Shown: piece by piece, positions 24,749 to 35,259 of the stretch
Numbering within the stretch: position 1 is the stretch's first letter
Layout of the letters: each line of letters opens with the position of its first letter
Assembly: GCA_043228905.1 (NCBI GenBank)
Contig: JBHGNT010000017.1
Location: 6,634,001 to 6,698,000, forward strand
DNA from: Azolla caroliniana
Lineage: Eukaryota; Plantae; Polypodiophyta
Reading direction: 5' to 3'
Length of the DNA stretch: 64,000 nt
Notes under the pieces: model-generated
Databases searched by the model: none
What the model was told of the DNA's origin: nothing
What the model saw: the letters and a program-made list of their open reading frames with translations, nothing else
Position numbers and translations under genes: made by a program

Positions 24749-25963
24749 GTTACAACATTCTATTTATTGACCTAAGGAATGACAAAGTAAGCAATATCGT
24801 TCGCAACAACATCATCATTCTAGAACTCTACTTCCAAAAACTTTTGGAAAAAATTAAAATGTTCCATGATTATGTTACACAATAAGCTCATTGAATTAGA
24901 AATATCCAGATCAATTCTTCCTTTGCAAGAAATAGAACTATGAATTTTTCAAACGAATTGAGTGAAAAAATCATAGTTACTAGTATATGATAAATAATAA
25001 AGAACATAACAAAGGAATGAATTTTCAGGTACCCAAAAAGAGAGATCTCCAGACAAGGTGTCATAGGAGACGATATCTTGGGATAACCTGACCAGCATTG
25101 CCAGGGTTACAATGACACTTTAGCAGCCCTACAACACAATGAAAGCTTTTGTTAGGCAATACAAGGAAATGTGTGTACTTCAAAAGCATAGACTTCAGAG
25201 AAGCCACCATTAAAGCAGCTAGTGCCAAAGTCATCAGTAATTATGAAATCGGATTTATCTACCAATTTATGTATGTATATGTATGTTTCCAAACAATGTA
25301 TGTGATGTGAACAAGATTGTGAATTCTTTATGGTTTAGAAAAAAGTAATCAATGTTCAGGTAATACCTTGGTAAGATTTGGAAATGCTTATCAGTATACG
25401 AAAAATGCTACCTGGGGCTTCATGTACACTTCACTTGCCAGTATCTATACTATGCCAAAGAGCTTGATAAAAGAGCTGAATTCCCTCTGGATTCTCAATC
25501 TGACTTTGTCCTTGTAAATCAGAACATAGGTATCACCATAACTGAGCAAGTGGGCTTTCTGATTATGTGTCTCTCAATCAAACAATTTGTCATTGCCATG
25601 ATGTCGTCTTCTTTATTTCATCTTCTTTGACTTTTTGGATTTCAATAACATGCATCAAACATGTGAATCGCAGCTAATGATGCACACGCAAGAACAAGAG
25701 GGAGGAATTCAGTCATATTTCATTATTTTATAGATGTCTATAGTAGGAGAGAGTCATCCCAATCTCTCTTCACCCTTCAATAGATGCAGAGTAAGTCTGA
25801 ATAACCCTTCTATGCCCTCTTTCCTGCTCTGGCTTAGCATATTTCTGATGCCTTGACTCTGTGCTTGATAATTTATGCATGAATTAATTCATTGTGGCAC
25901 ATCAATACATATATTGCAGCCTCAGTTCAAGAAAAAACATTTCCAAAGAGGAGATGCTCATTA

Positions 25964-27496
25964 TTATTGAGGCTGAAATTCAATGATTGGCACTACAATT
26001 ACTTCAAGATGAGGTACATAACCTTCTTCCATAATTGATTTATTGAGCATATCTAACTTCTTGTAAATAAGTATGCTTTGTGGATTGATTTTACCTCCAA
26101 CTGAAAATTCAAACACCTTGTTATCAACCTCAATACACGATTTTCCAGGTTTTCTCCATGCACAAGCTCGTTTTCTAAGGAGCTGTATCTTCTCTACATC
26201 ACTCCACATGTTACTATCTGCATAGATGTTCGACATGAGCATGTACCCTCGAGCTTCTGTAGGTTCAATCTCCATGATCTTATCGAAACATTGCCTACCT
26301 ATAAGTGGATCAGTGTATATTCTACAACTAGTGAGCAAAGAAAGCCACCCAGTAATGTTTGTTTGTACAATTATTGAATCAAGTATGGCTTTTGCTTCTT
26401 TCAACTGCCCTCCTCTGCCAAGAAGATCCACCATGCAATTATAATGCTCAGTATGTGGTTTCAGGCCATAATCCGCAAGCATAGATTGGAAATGCTCTTT
26501 GCCTTGATGCAAAAGGCCCGCATGGCTACAAGAAGCAAATATGCAAGTAAATATAGCACTATCTGGCTTCACACCATATCTCTTCATGTCTACAAAGCAT
26601 TGTAAAACCATGCCATAGTTACCAAAAGATGAATAACCAGATATAATAGCCCCCCATGCTTTTACATCTTTCTCAGGTAAACCTTCAAACAGTTTCCGTG
26701 CTTCAATCAGATATCCACATTTGGCATACATGTCTACAATCGCACTTCCCACGGCAACATCAATAATTTCATCATTCTCTAAAATTGAGGCATGTATTGA
26801 CAATCCTTGTTTCATTGCAGCTATTACACCACATGCTCTCAAAGATGCTAGAAACACAACTTTGTTTGGTTCCACATTGCACGTGTGCATCTTAGCAAAG
26901 AGTTCTAACACTTCATGACTTTTACCCTGTTGACCATATCCAGTCATCAATGCACCCCATGAGATTACATCCTTGCACAATAATCCATCAAACACTTTCT
27001 TTGCATCCTCAATGCGACCACATTTAGAATACATATCAACAACCATGTTTCCAACGCCTATAAACATGAAAGGATCACCTGCAACTATCAAGAAATGTAT
27101 CAATCTGCCATGATCAACATCTTGCGTGATACCACAGCCTTTCAAAACACATAAGAATGTAACTTTGTCTGATATGATACCACTGACATGCATCTTTCTA
27201 TGCAATTCGATGGCATTCTCCGCATTTCCGAGTTTAACATGCGCCGAGATGATGGAGTTCCACGTGTAAACAGTAGGGTTGGTTACCTTGTGGAAAGCTT
27301 CTTCTGCATGAGGCAAGCTACCACATATGGTGAAGAGACGAATGAGGTGATCCGCCAACACAGAGACCGAATCGAGACGGGAGGATGCCATGAGAGACTG
27401 GACATTTCTGGAAGCAGAGAGGTCTTTCGTCCTCCTGCATTCCTGCAGAAGGTCGTATATGGCGTCCCTGGTGATCGGGAGCTTCTGCTTCTCCAT
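25964..27496 (-). CDS. PLS-class pentatricopeptide repeat protein, E/E+ subgroup without DYW (probable organellar RNA-editing factor)
   Basis: Intronless 510-aa ORF with repeated VDMYxKCG, VISWGALM and HYNCMVDLLGRGG motifs. It has an E domain (GYMLMSNIYA), a PG box (KPGKSCIEV) and an E+ ending in GYVP. Confidence 0.93.
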   Translation of the reverse strand: MEKQKLPITRDAIYDLLQECRRTKDLSASRNVQSLMASSRLDSVSVLADHLIRLFTICGSLPHAEEAFHKVTNPTVYTWNSIISAHVKLGNAENAIELHRKMHVSGIISDKVTFLCVLKGCGITQDVDHGRLIHFLIVAGDPFMFIGVGNMVVDMYSKCGRIEDAKKVFDGLLCKDVISWGALMTGYGQQGKSHEVLELFAKMHTCNVEPNKVVFLASLRACGVIAAMKQGLSIHASILENDEIIDVAVGSAIVDMYAKCGYLIEARKLFEGLPEKDVKAWGAIISGYSSFGNYGMVLQCFVDMKRYGVKPDSAIFTCIFASCSHAGLLHQGKEHFQSMLADYGLKPHTEHYNCMVDLLGRGGQLKEAKAILDSIIVQTNITGWLSLLTSCRIYTDPLIGRQCFDKIMEIEPTEARGYMLMSNIYADSNMWSDVEKIQLLRKRACAWRKPGKSCIEVDNKVFEFSVGGKINPQSILIYKKLDMLNKSIMEEGYVPHLEVIVVPIIEFQPQ

Positions 27497-27883
27497 GGAG
27501 GAACGTCGTCGTCATCGTCATCACCACCATGGGAGAGCACAATATGCCCCTGAGTTTTTGGTATTTCCCCAAATACCCTCCTCCTCCATTGTCACAAGCC
27601 CTCTACAAGAAATTGTGCTTCTTGTTGCAATGTAATTAAATTGCAAAAGAAATGCGAGTTCTTCTTCTTCTCCTCCTTCGAAGAGAGATCCATCTCCTTC
27701 AATAACCCCACCAATCGATCCACTCGAAACAAAGGCAATCGATCGACTCGTGGCCACACTTGGAAATTTGTTCGTGAATCTCGTAGGACTATGTGCTCCT
27801 GTTTACGTTTGAAGGGTTTTAATATGCCTCCAAGTAGAAGTCTGGGGAAATAAAGAAGAATTGTGTAGACATTTCAAACGTGA

Positions 27884-28225
27884 CCTTAGAGCTAACCTTT
27901 TAGACATATTCTTATTGGAAAAGAGAATGTTACAATTGACCTCCAATTTAAGGACTTTAAATATTGAAATACTAATAATTAGTCTCTTATATATTTGAAA
28001 GATGCCCTTGGAGCTAACATTTTAGAGATATTCTTATTGAAAAAGAGAATGCTACAATTGGCCTCCAATTTAAGAACTTCAAAGATTGAAATACTAACAA
28101 TTAGTCTCTTATATATTTGAAAGGTGGGTGCCCTTGGAGCTAACATTTTAGAGATATTCTTATTGGAAAAGAAAATGTTACAAAATGGCCTCCAATTTAA
28201 GGACTTTAAGATTAAAATGCTAACA
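27884..28225. repeat. ~122-bp tandem repeat, about 2.8 copies, upstream of the PPR gene
   Basis: cctt.gagctaac.ttttaga.atattcttattg..ctccaatttaag recurs at ~27884, ~28005 and ~28131. Confidence 0.85.
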
Positions 28226-28614
28226 AGGGGTCTCGTAGTTATTTTGGTAGTATAAGTACATTTCCTTAGTGGTAAGTTCTTAGACTAGTAGCGTTAGGTT
28301 TGGGGCCTGAATTCTTATTTCCTCGCCTCTTTAGTACTCCATACATATCCTCATAATTGAACGGGTGCCACTATGGAATGTGGGGTTTGAACCCATGATA
28401 TAGGGAGAGGGACATCCAATGATCATTTGGCAATTCTCTTCATCCACCAATGAGAGATTCATGTTGACACAATGACTTGATCGTTGCATGTCGTTGCCAC
28501 TTTTAGCTTGATTTGTATGACCTAAATGCCATCTTTCATCAATATTCTTTTTGCTCATAGCACTTAGCTATCAAAGTGGAAGATCATTTTTGCACTGCAC
28601 ACAAATGAACTTTT

Positions 28615-28948
28615 TGTCGAATACGGGTTTCTAAGGGTTGTATTCACATTGTCCCTTGGAAAACTAGGTTTAGGACAATTTTGTAATATATGTCAAAGGG
28701 CAGTTGCCCTAACTTAGTTAGTATATAACTGAGCTTTGTAACCTAGCTCATAAGGTTGTTGCTATTGTGGATGTTGCCTCTTTTATATCTGTAAATCTAA
28801 GTTTACATAATACAGTTACATATTGTGTGCCTCTTTGTCTCTCTTTCTCTCGCTTTGTCTCTTTGATCTTGCTCTACTATGCTAAGTTGGTGATCTTCAC
28901 CATAAGGTATTGTTCATGTTTCCGCATTAACGGTCTTAGACTCCAACA
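28615..28948 (+). repeat. 5' LTR of outer Copia
   Basis: tgtcgaatac...tccaaca, repeated at 33990-34314. Confidence 0.9.
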
Positions 28949-29361
28949 TCTGGTATTAGAGCACGAGGTTATTCAACTCGTTGTTGGCGGTCATCTGCTT
29001 TCAACAACATTCTTGCCCCTGTCTTCTTGAAGAACCTGAGCTTAAGATCTCACCTTGAGAAGAGAAAGACAACAGAAGATTTGCTCTCTACTGAGCTAGA
29101 TCACTCTTAAGGTAAGCCAACCGATTGTACCTTGCTTCTATGATTGCGGCCGCTCAAACTGGAATCCCTATCAAATCGGCCTCAATCATGCTTTACCAGG
29201 TTAGACACTTGTCATAACCACTCAAAGAAAATCCAGCCTTAGGAGCAACCTCATCTGTGCTTCACTCGGCTAGACGAAATACGGGAAGAATAGTTCAAAT
29301 TTGTCCCTCCAATCGTTGTAGTCACTCAAAGCAAGATTGACCTGAAAAGAAGGCACTTAAT

Positions 29362-31860
29362 TGTTAGGAATATGTCCCTCCAATGGGAGGAGCCGACTGC
29401 TTGGAGAGAGCCGACTATCGAAGACATGGAGCAGCCAACGGTTGAGGAGTCGACTCAAAGAGAGTTGATCAAGGTCGAAGACACAACTAACTGATCAGAC
29501 CAACCAGATGGTCAATGACCAGGCCGACTAGTCGAACCGACCCGACAGTCGACGAATGAGTCGGTTGATTAGTAAGACTATTATTATTATTATTGGATAA
29601 TAATAATGGCCATGATTGTAAATAACCCATTATGTGTATTAGTATAAATACACATAGGGAACATTTATATACATATGGGTGAGCCCATGTAGCGTAGTGT
29701 TAGAGAGAAGAGAGTGTGTGGGAGCGTGAGTGAGTGAGCAGTGTCATAGCTATGCTTTAGAAACAGCATACGCCAAGAGCCCTATGAAGTTGTTTACACT
29801 CTGTGTAGAGAGTGTTATACTCTGATCTCGTTGTTGTATATCCATTGTATAGTGAAGCTCCGTTCTCCGTGGTTTTTCTCTCGTTTTAGGGTTTTCCACA
29901 TTACATCTGTGTATATTGTTTTCTGTGTTTTAGAGTTGTGTATTTCAACATATTCCTTTTCTTGTGGATTGACAATTCGTTTCCCAACAAACTGGTATCA
30001 AAGCTTGAGGTGCAAGCGTGGAAGGAGGTGTGAGTGGCTTCCCTGGAATGATAGTTCTAATCTCTCAAAACTATGCAGATTGGAAGATAAAGATGGAGGA
30101 CCTTCTCATAGTCAAAGACTTGTACGAACTTATCGATAGAGCAAAAATACCCACGAGGGTATTAGAGTCGGAATGGAAACTTCTTAACACAAAGGCGGTG
30201 GCCACCATCCGATAGTGCGTCGATGTAAGTGTCCTTCAACATGTGGCAAACGACACAAATGCCCACGAGATGTGGCAGAAGCTGTAAGGTCTATATGAGA
30301 GGAAGAACGCCCTCAATAAAACCTCACTGATGAGAAAGATTGTACGACTAAAATACAGAGACGGTGACAACATCGTCGAACACATCAGCACATTCATGGG
30401 GTATGTAAATCAACTTGTTGCGACCAAGTTTCCCCTTGATGATGCTATGCAGGACATCCTGCTAATATGCACAATGCCGGATAGCTGGAAGAACCTGGTG
30501 GTTACTCTCAGCAGCTATTGTCAAGAAGAGAACTTGTCTTTACAAGCGGTGAAGACAAGCATCATGAATGAAGAAGCGAGAAGGAAGGACAAGGGTGTCC
30601 TAGTCCAGTCAATGTCAAATTTGACTCAACACATCAGTAGAGGAAGGAACCGGAAAAGGAGTCCACCAAGGAGAGAAAAGTCTCAAGCCAGGTCGAAGTC
30701 TAGAGGAAAGCTCATGCGCTTTTATTGTGGAAAGCCTAGACATTTCCAGAAAGACTGCCAACACTTTAAAAAGGAAAAGAGTGTCGGTAATAATGTTGAA
30801 CCTAGGAAGATTCCTGAAGAAAAGTACACTTCAGCCATTCTACGAGCAATGAAGAACTTTTGTTCATTTGTGAACAGACAAGTGCAAATCTTGCAAGCGA
30901 AGAATGCACTTGGGTGATTGACTATGGTGCATCATTCCACATAACTCCGTCGAGAGAGTATTTCTCGACTTACATAGTCGGTGATCATGGTTTTGTAAAT
31001 ATGGGTGACAGTGGGGAGTGCAAGATAGCCTGAATCGGAAGTGTCTGCCTGACGACGTCGTCAGGGTGTTGACTGACTTTGAAGGATGTGCACATCCCCG
31101 ATATCAGATTGAATCTGATATCGACTAGAAGACTGGACGACGAAGGCTACAATGGTAGTTTTCGGAATGGTAAGTGGAAGTTCTACCGAGGAAATCTTAT
31201 AGTGGCCCAAGCATAGAAGGAAGGCACATTGTATATGATGCAAGCCCAACTGTGCAAGTCAGAAGTGAATGTGGCAGCTGACTCGGCATGACAGATATGG
31301 CATAAGAGGCCAGGCCACATGAGTGAGAAGGGACTGCATCTGTTGGCCGACTAGAAGCTTCTACCATAAGTAAAGGGAGTGCACCTGGAGAAGTGCGTCA
31401 ACTGCTTAGTCAAAAAGTAGAACAGAGAAGCATTCCACACATGACCACCAAGAAGAAGAGAAGCTACATTGGAACTGGTACACACGGGTGTGTGTTATGT
31501 AGATGCTCTGTTGCACTGAGGCAAACAGTACTTTGTGACTTTCATTGACGACTACAGTTGGAAGTTGTGGGCTTTTGTACTAAAGTCAAAAGATCAAGTA
31601 TTGTCATTTTCAAGGAGATCCAGGCAAGAGTTGAATGAGAGTTAGGTCAGAAGTTGAAGGTTGTCCGAACCGACAATGGTGGCGAATATAAAGGGAAGTT
31701 CGAGGAATACTGGAAGGCCCAAGGTATTCAAATCGAATACACAGTACGAAAGACCCCTGAGTTGAATGGGCTTGCAGAGAAGATGAATCTAACAATCGTG
31801 GAGAGAGTAAGGAGCATGTTGTCACATGCTAAACTGCTGAAAATATACTAGGCGTGCTTA
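29362..31860 (+). mobile_element. Nested second Copia: 5' LTR, PBS and decayed gag-protease-integrase
   Basis: LTR from tgttagg (29362) to cccaaca (29989), followed by PBS tggtatcaaagc. Coding motifs are gag NYADWKIKMEDLL, knuckle FYCGKPRHFQKDC, protease WVIDYGASFH and integrase VRTDNGGEY..TPELNGLAE. No matching 3' LTR. Confidence 0.85.
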
Positions 31861-31867
31861 GTTTTCG

Positions 31868-32395
31868 GTGAGGGTCGTATGGTCGCTTACGCCAATTCGT
31901 GTTTTCGATGAGGAATGCACATGGTCGCTCACATTCCAGTTCCCAATGAGGGCCACACATGGTCACTCACGTCCATTCGTGTTCCAGTTCTGGGTGAGGG
32001 CCGCATGGTCACTCATGCCCGTTGGTGTTCGTGTTCCAACTCTCTACAAGGACCGACATGGTCTCTCATGCCCGTTGCTTTTCATGTTCCCTGTGAGGAC
32101 CGCACATGGTCGCTCACTCCAGCTATTGTTTGTTTTCCAGATCCTGACGAGGACCGGCATGGTCGCTCATGCCTGCTACTCTTCATGTTCCAGTTCCTGA
32201 TGAGGACCACACATGGTCGCTCACGCGCGTTGGTGGTTGTATTCCAACTCTCGGCGAGGACCAACACGGTCTCTCTTGCCCGTTGGTGTTCGTGTCCCCC
32301 GTGAGGACCACACTTGGTCACTCACGCCCATTGGTATTCGCGTTCCAGTCCTAGGCGAGGACCGCACATGATCGCTCATGCCCATTGGTGTTCAA
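31868..32395 (+). repeat. Minisatellite, ~11 degenerate units of ~39-55 bp
   Basis: The core gaggaccgcacatggtcgctca recurs at ~31870, 31909, 31948, 31996, 32049, 32095, 32150, 32202, 32256, 32303 and 32357. Confidence 0.85.
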
Positions 32396-32514
32396 TACCT
32401 CATCTTCGAAAAGGGTTACTCCTTGTCTAGGATTTACAAAATACTTTGGACGTGGTCTAAGATTTTCATCAACAGTATCCCTTTAAGCCAAGGACCGGTT
32501 TGGGAAGGCGGCGT

Positions 32515-32991
32515 AAGAGGGGGGATAATGTCACATTCTAGACTCGAACCTTGGACTTTTAACACACACAATACATTGTGTTGTGTTAACCATATGGAAA
32601 CTCTTGTGAATTGTCCACATTTGATTGTGAACTTGTATAAAGTCTAGTGTATAGTACATTCGAGAATATTCTAGAATTATTTTGTGGTATATTCGAAACG
32701 AGTATATCCTCGAGTATATTCTAGAGATATTCAATCTTGGAAATTGTATAAATACTTGTAACATCCTTGGTCCCTTTAAAGGGATTCAACACCAGTCATT
32801 GACACATCAATTTAGTATTCTCGTTTCACCTCATCTTTGTCTCCTTGATCTTTATTTCTGTCTTCATGCCCTCATGTCCCTCACAACATCTAGAGTTCCT
32901 AGCCTCGTCACATCTAACTCCAAGTTCATTCATCGATCGTAGCCCCATCATCTGTGCTCCGTCCTAGTCCGCACTTGGTGTGTTCGTGACA
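32515..32991 (+). mobile_element. PPT plus Gypsy-like 3' LTR nested in the Copia
   Basis: PPT aagaggggggataa is followed by TGTCAC (32529) to GTGACA (32991). The start shares agactcgaacc and the PPT style with the chromovirus LTR. Confidence 0.7.
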
Positions 32992-33790
32992 TCGACTACA
33001 TCAGACGCATCTTGGAGCGCTTCAACATGCACTTGGTCAAATCTGCTCCGACCCCACTCGCCATTAATCTTTGGTTGTCTCAACAAGATATGCCCTACAT
33101 CCGATTCGGAGGAAGATATGAAGTTGGTACCGTACACACTGGTAGTCGGCTCCTTGATGTACGCGATGGTGCGACACGACCTGACATTGCTCATGTCGTA
33201 GGAGTTGTCAGCAAATTCATGCGCAACCCAGGTTGATCGCATTGGAATGCAGTCAAGCATGTATTCAGATACCTGGTAGGCATACAAGACCTTGGCATCC
33301 TCTTCAGTTCGAACAAGAACCCAGGCGTAGTTGGTTACACCGACTCAAACTTTGTTGGTTGTGTGGTTAGTCGAAAGTCAACAACCGGATATTATTTCAA
33401 ATTCGACAATGGAGCAAGTTCGTGGAAGTTGAAACTTCTGTAGTGCATGGCCACTTCAATGACCAAGGCTAAATACGTAGCTGCGTCTGACGAAGTGAAA
33501 GAGGCTCTATGGCTTGGTCGGTTGGCGTGTACGTTTTGACAAGCCAATCCCAATTCAATTCCAGTTGTCTACAATTATAGTCAGGGTGTTGTGACTTTGT
33601 TAAAGAACTTGGTTCATCACAACGCCTCCAAGCATATCGACGTTCGGTATCACTTTGTTTGGGAGTGTGTAACTTCAGGAAAGCTCGGCCTCAAGAAGAT
33701 CTCCATGATCGACAACATATCAGACAGGATGACCAAGTGTCTCGCAGTTGATTGATTTCGGTCACTTCGGCACCATATGGGCTTAAGGAG
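32992..33790 (+). pseudogene. Copia RT C-terminus and RNase H remnant
   Basis: DYIRRILERFNM, VGSLMYAMV, TRPDIAHVVGVVSKFM, GYTDSNF..RKSTTGY and SKHIDVRYHFV, with stops and frameshifts. Confidence 0.88.
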
Positions 33791-33989
33791 TATTCAGTCT
33801 GATCGAGCACTCGACCTTGACAACCGAACCAACTTCTACACTCGAACTAGCCAATTCAACCTTTGTTTCCTCTCGATCATCATTGATTCGACTACAAGCC
33901 GATCTACTCAAACTTCTCTTTGTATAACCTATACATCCTGTTTCATATTATAGGTTTCTCCATAGTGTATACGCCCATTATGGGGGATG

Positions 33990-34314
33990 TGTCGAATACA
34001 GGTTTCTAATGATCGTATTCACACCGTCCTTGGACAAACTAGGTTTAGGACAATTGTGTAAATATGTCAAAGGGCCGTTGCCTTAGCTTAGTTAGCATAT
34101 AATTGAGCTTTGTAATCTAGCTCATAAGGTTGTTGTTGTTGTGGTTGTTGCCTCCATTATATTTGTAACTCTAAGTTTACATAATACAGTTACATATTGT
34201 GTGCCTCTTTGCCTCTCACTCTGTCTCTTTGATCTTACTCTACTATGCTAACTTGGTGATCTTCACCATAAGGTGTTATTCATGTTTCCGCATTGACGGT
34301 CTCAGATTCCAACA
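33990..34314 (+). repeat. 3' LTR of outer Copia
   Basis: Direct repeat of 28615-28948, followed by TSD CTTTT. Confidence 0.9.
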
Positions 34315-35259
34315 CTTTTCAAATTTTCATGATTGTTCATTGTTGCCTTACCTAGATTCACTTGTCTCCATGACTCCTTAAATGGTAATAATGCATCCAC
34401 AATACATTGTTACCATCTTCAACCTTTGATGATGGAGAAAACATGGCAAGCAATTCATTGTTAATCATCTTAATGTCAAATTCGGAATCCTCTTTGCATG
34501 CAATGAGAGAAAACATTACAAACATGGGTTCAAGCGTGACTGTATGCAACAGAAAGAGATTTTACCCCAATAATAGCTAGTGTGGTGGATCATGTTTTGG
34601 CACACGGATCTTAGGAGAAAGTTATAAATAATATAACCCGAAAGGATGAGGAGTAATGCCTTGATTCAATCGTTCGGACACCTACATGCACCTCTAGTGC
34701 TTTACAAGAAGACTTGCAGATCAAGCATCCCTTTCTTCTGAGTCTGATGTAATTCCCGTGGATGTCAATCACTATTGAGTCAATGAACACCAAGCAACAC
34801 GTAAAAAGCTTTTGCTTTCTTTACACCTTCATTCATAGTGGCAATGGTGGAATTCGACTTACATTTGTAGTCATGTATGAACATGGAGGGATGAACCCTA
34901 CCATGGTTGCAACTTGCAACATACACAAAGATCATTTGGGTTCTTACTTAACCCATGGTTCTAAACAAATCATTGGTCACCCCATGGATGGATGAGCATA
35001 GTTTTGGAATATCTGAGAAATGAGAGCCTACTTTGATAAGATCTCTCCCAAGCATATGTAACCTAAAACACAAAAAAAGATAAATAAAACAACAACATAC
35101 ACATACAATAATATAAAGGCTTTGATTTCATTCATTTTGCTTTTTGTTTTTTTGGTTGTGGTTCTAATAAAACCCTCCTCCTCTGCATCCTCCTCCTGCT
35201 TGTTGGGCAGCAGAGATTCTCTGCCTCTCTGTCTCCACCAGAACAGAGCTTCCAGAAGA

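Larger units (their letters stand above)
28615..34314 (+). mobile_element. Ty1/Copia LTR retrotransposon (outer element) with chimeric interior
   Basis: LTRs at 28615-28948 and 33990-34314, TSD CTTTT, an initiator tRNA-Met-type PBS tggtattagagc at 28951 and PPT atgggggatg before the 3' LTR. Confidence 0.92.

Noticed and set aside
31868-32395. CRISPR-like array, or the overlapping ORFs at 31868-32354
   Set aside because: The context is eukaryotic, the inter-repeat segments resemble each other rather than being unique spacers, and there are no cas genes. The ORFs are repeat translations.
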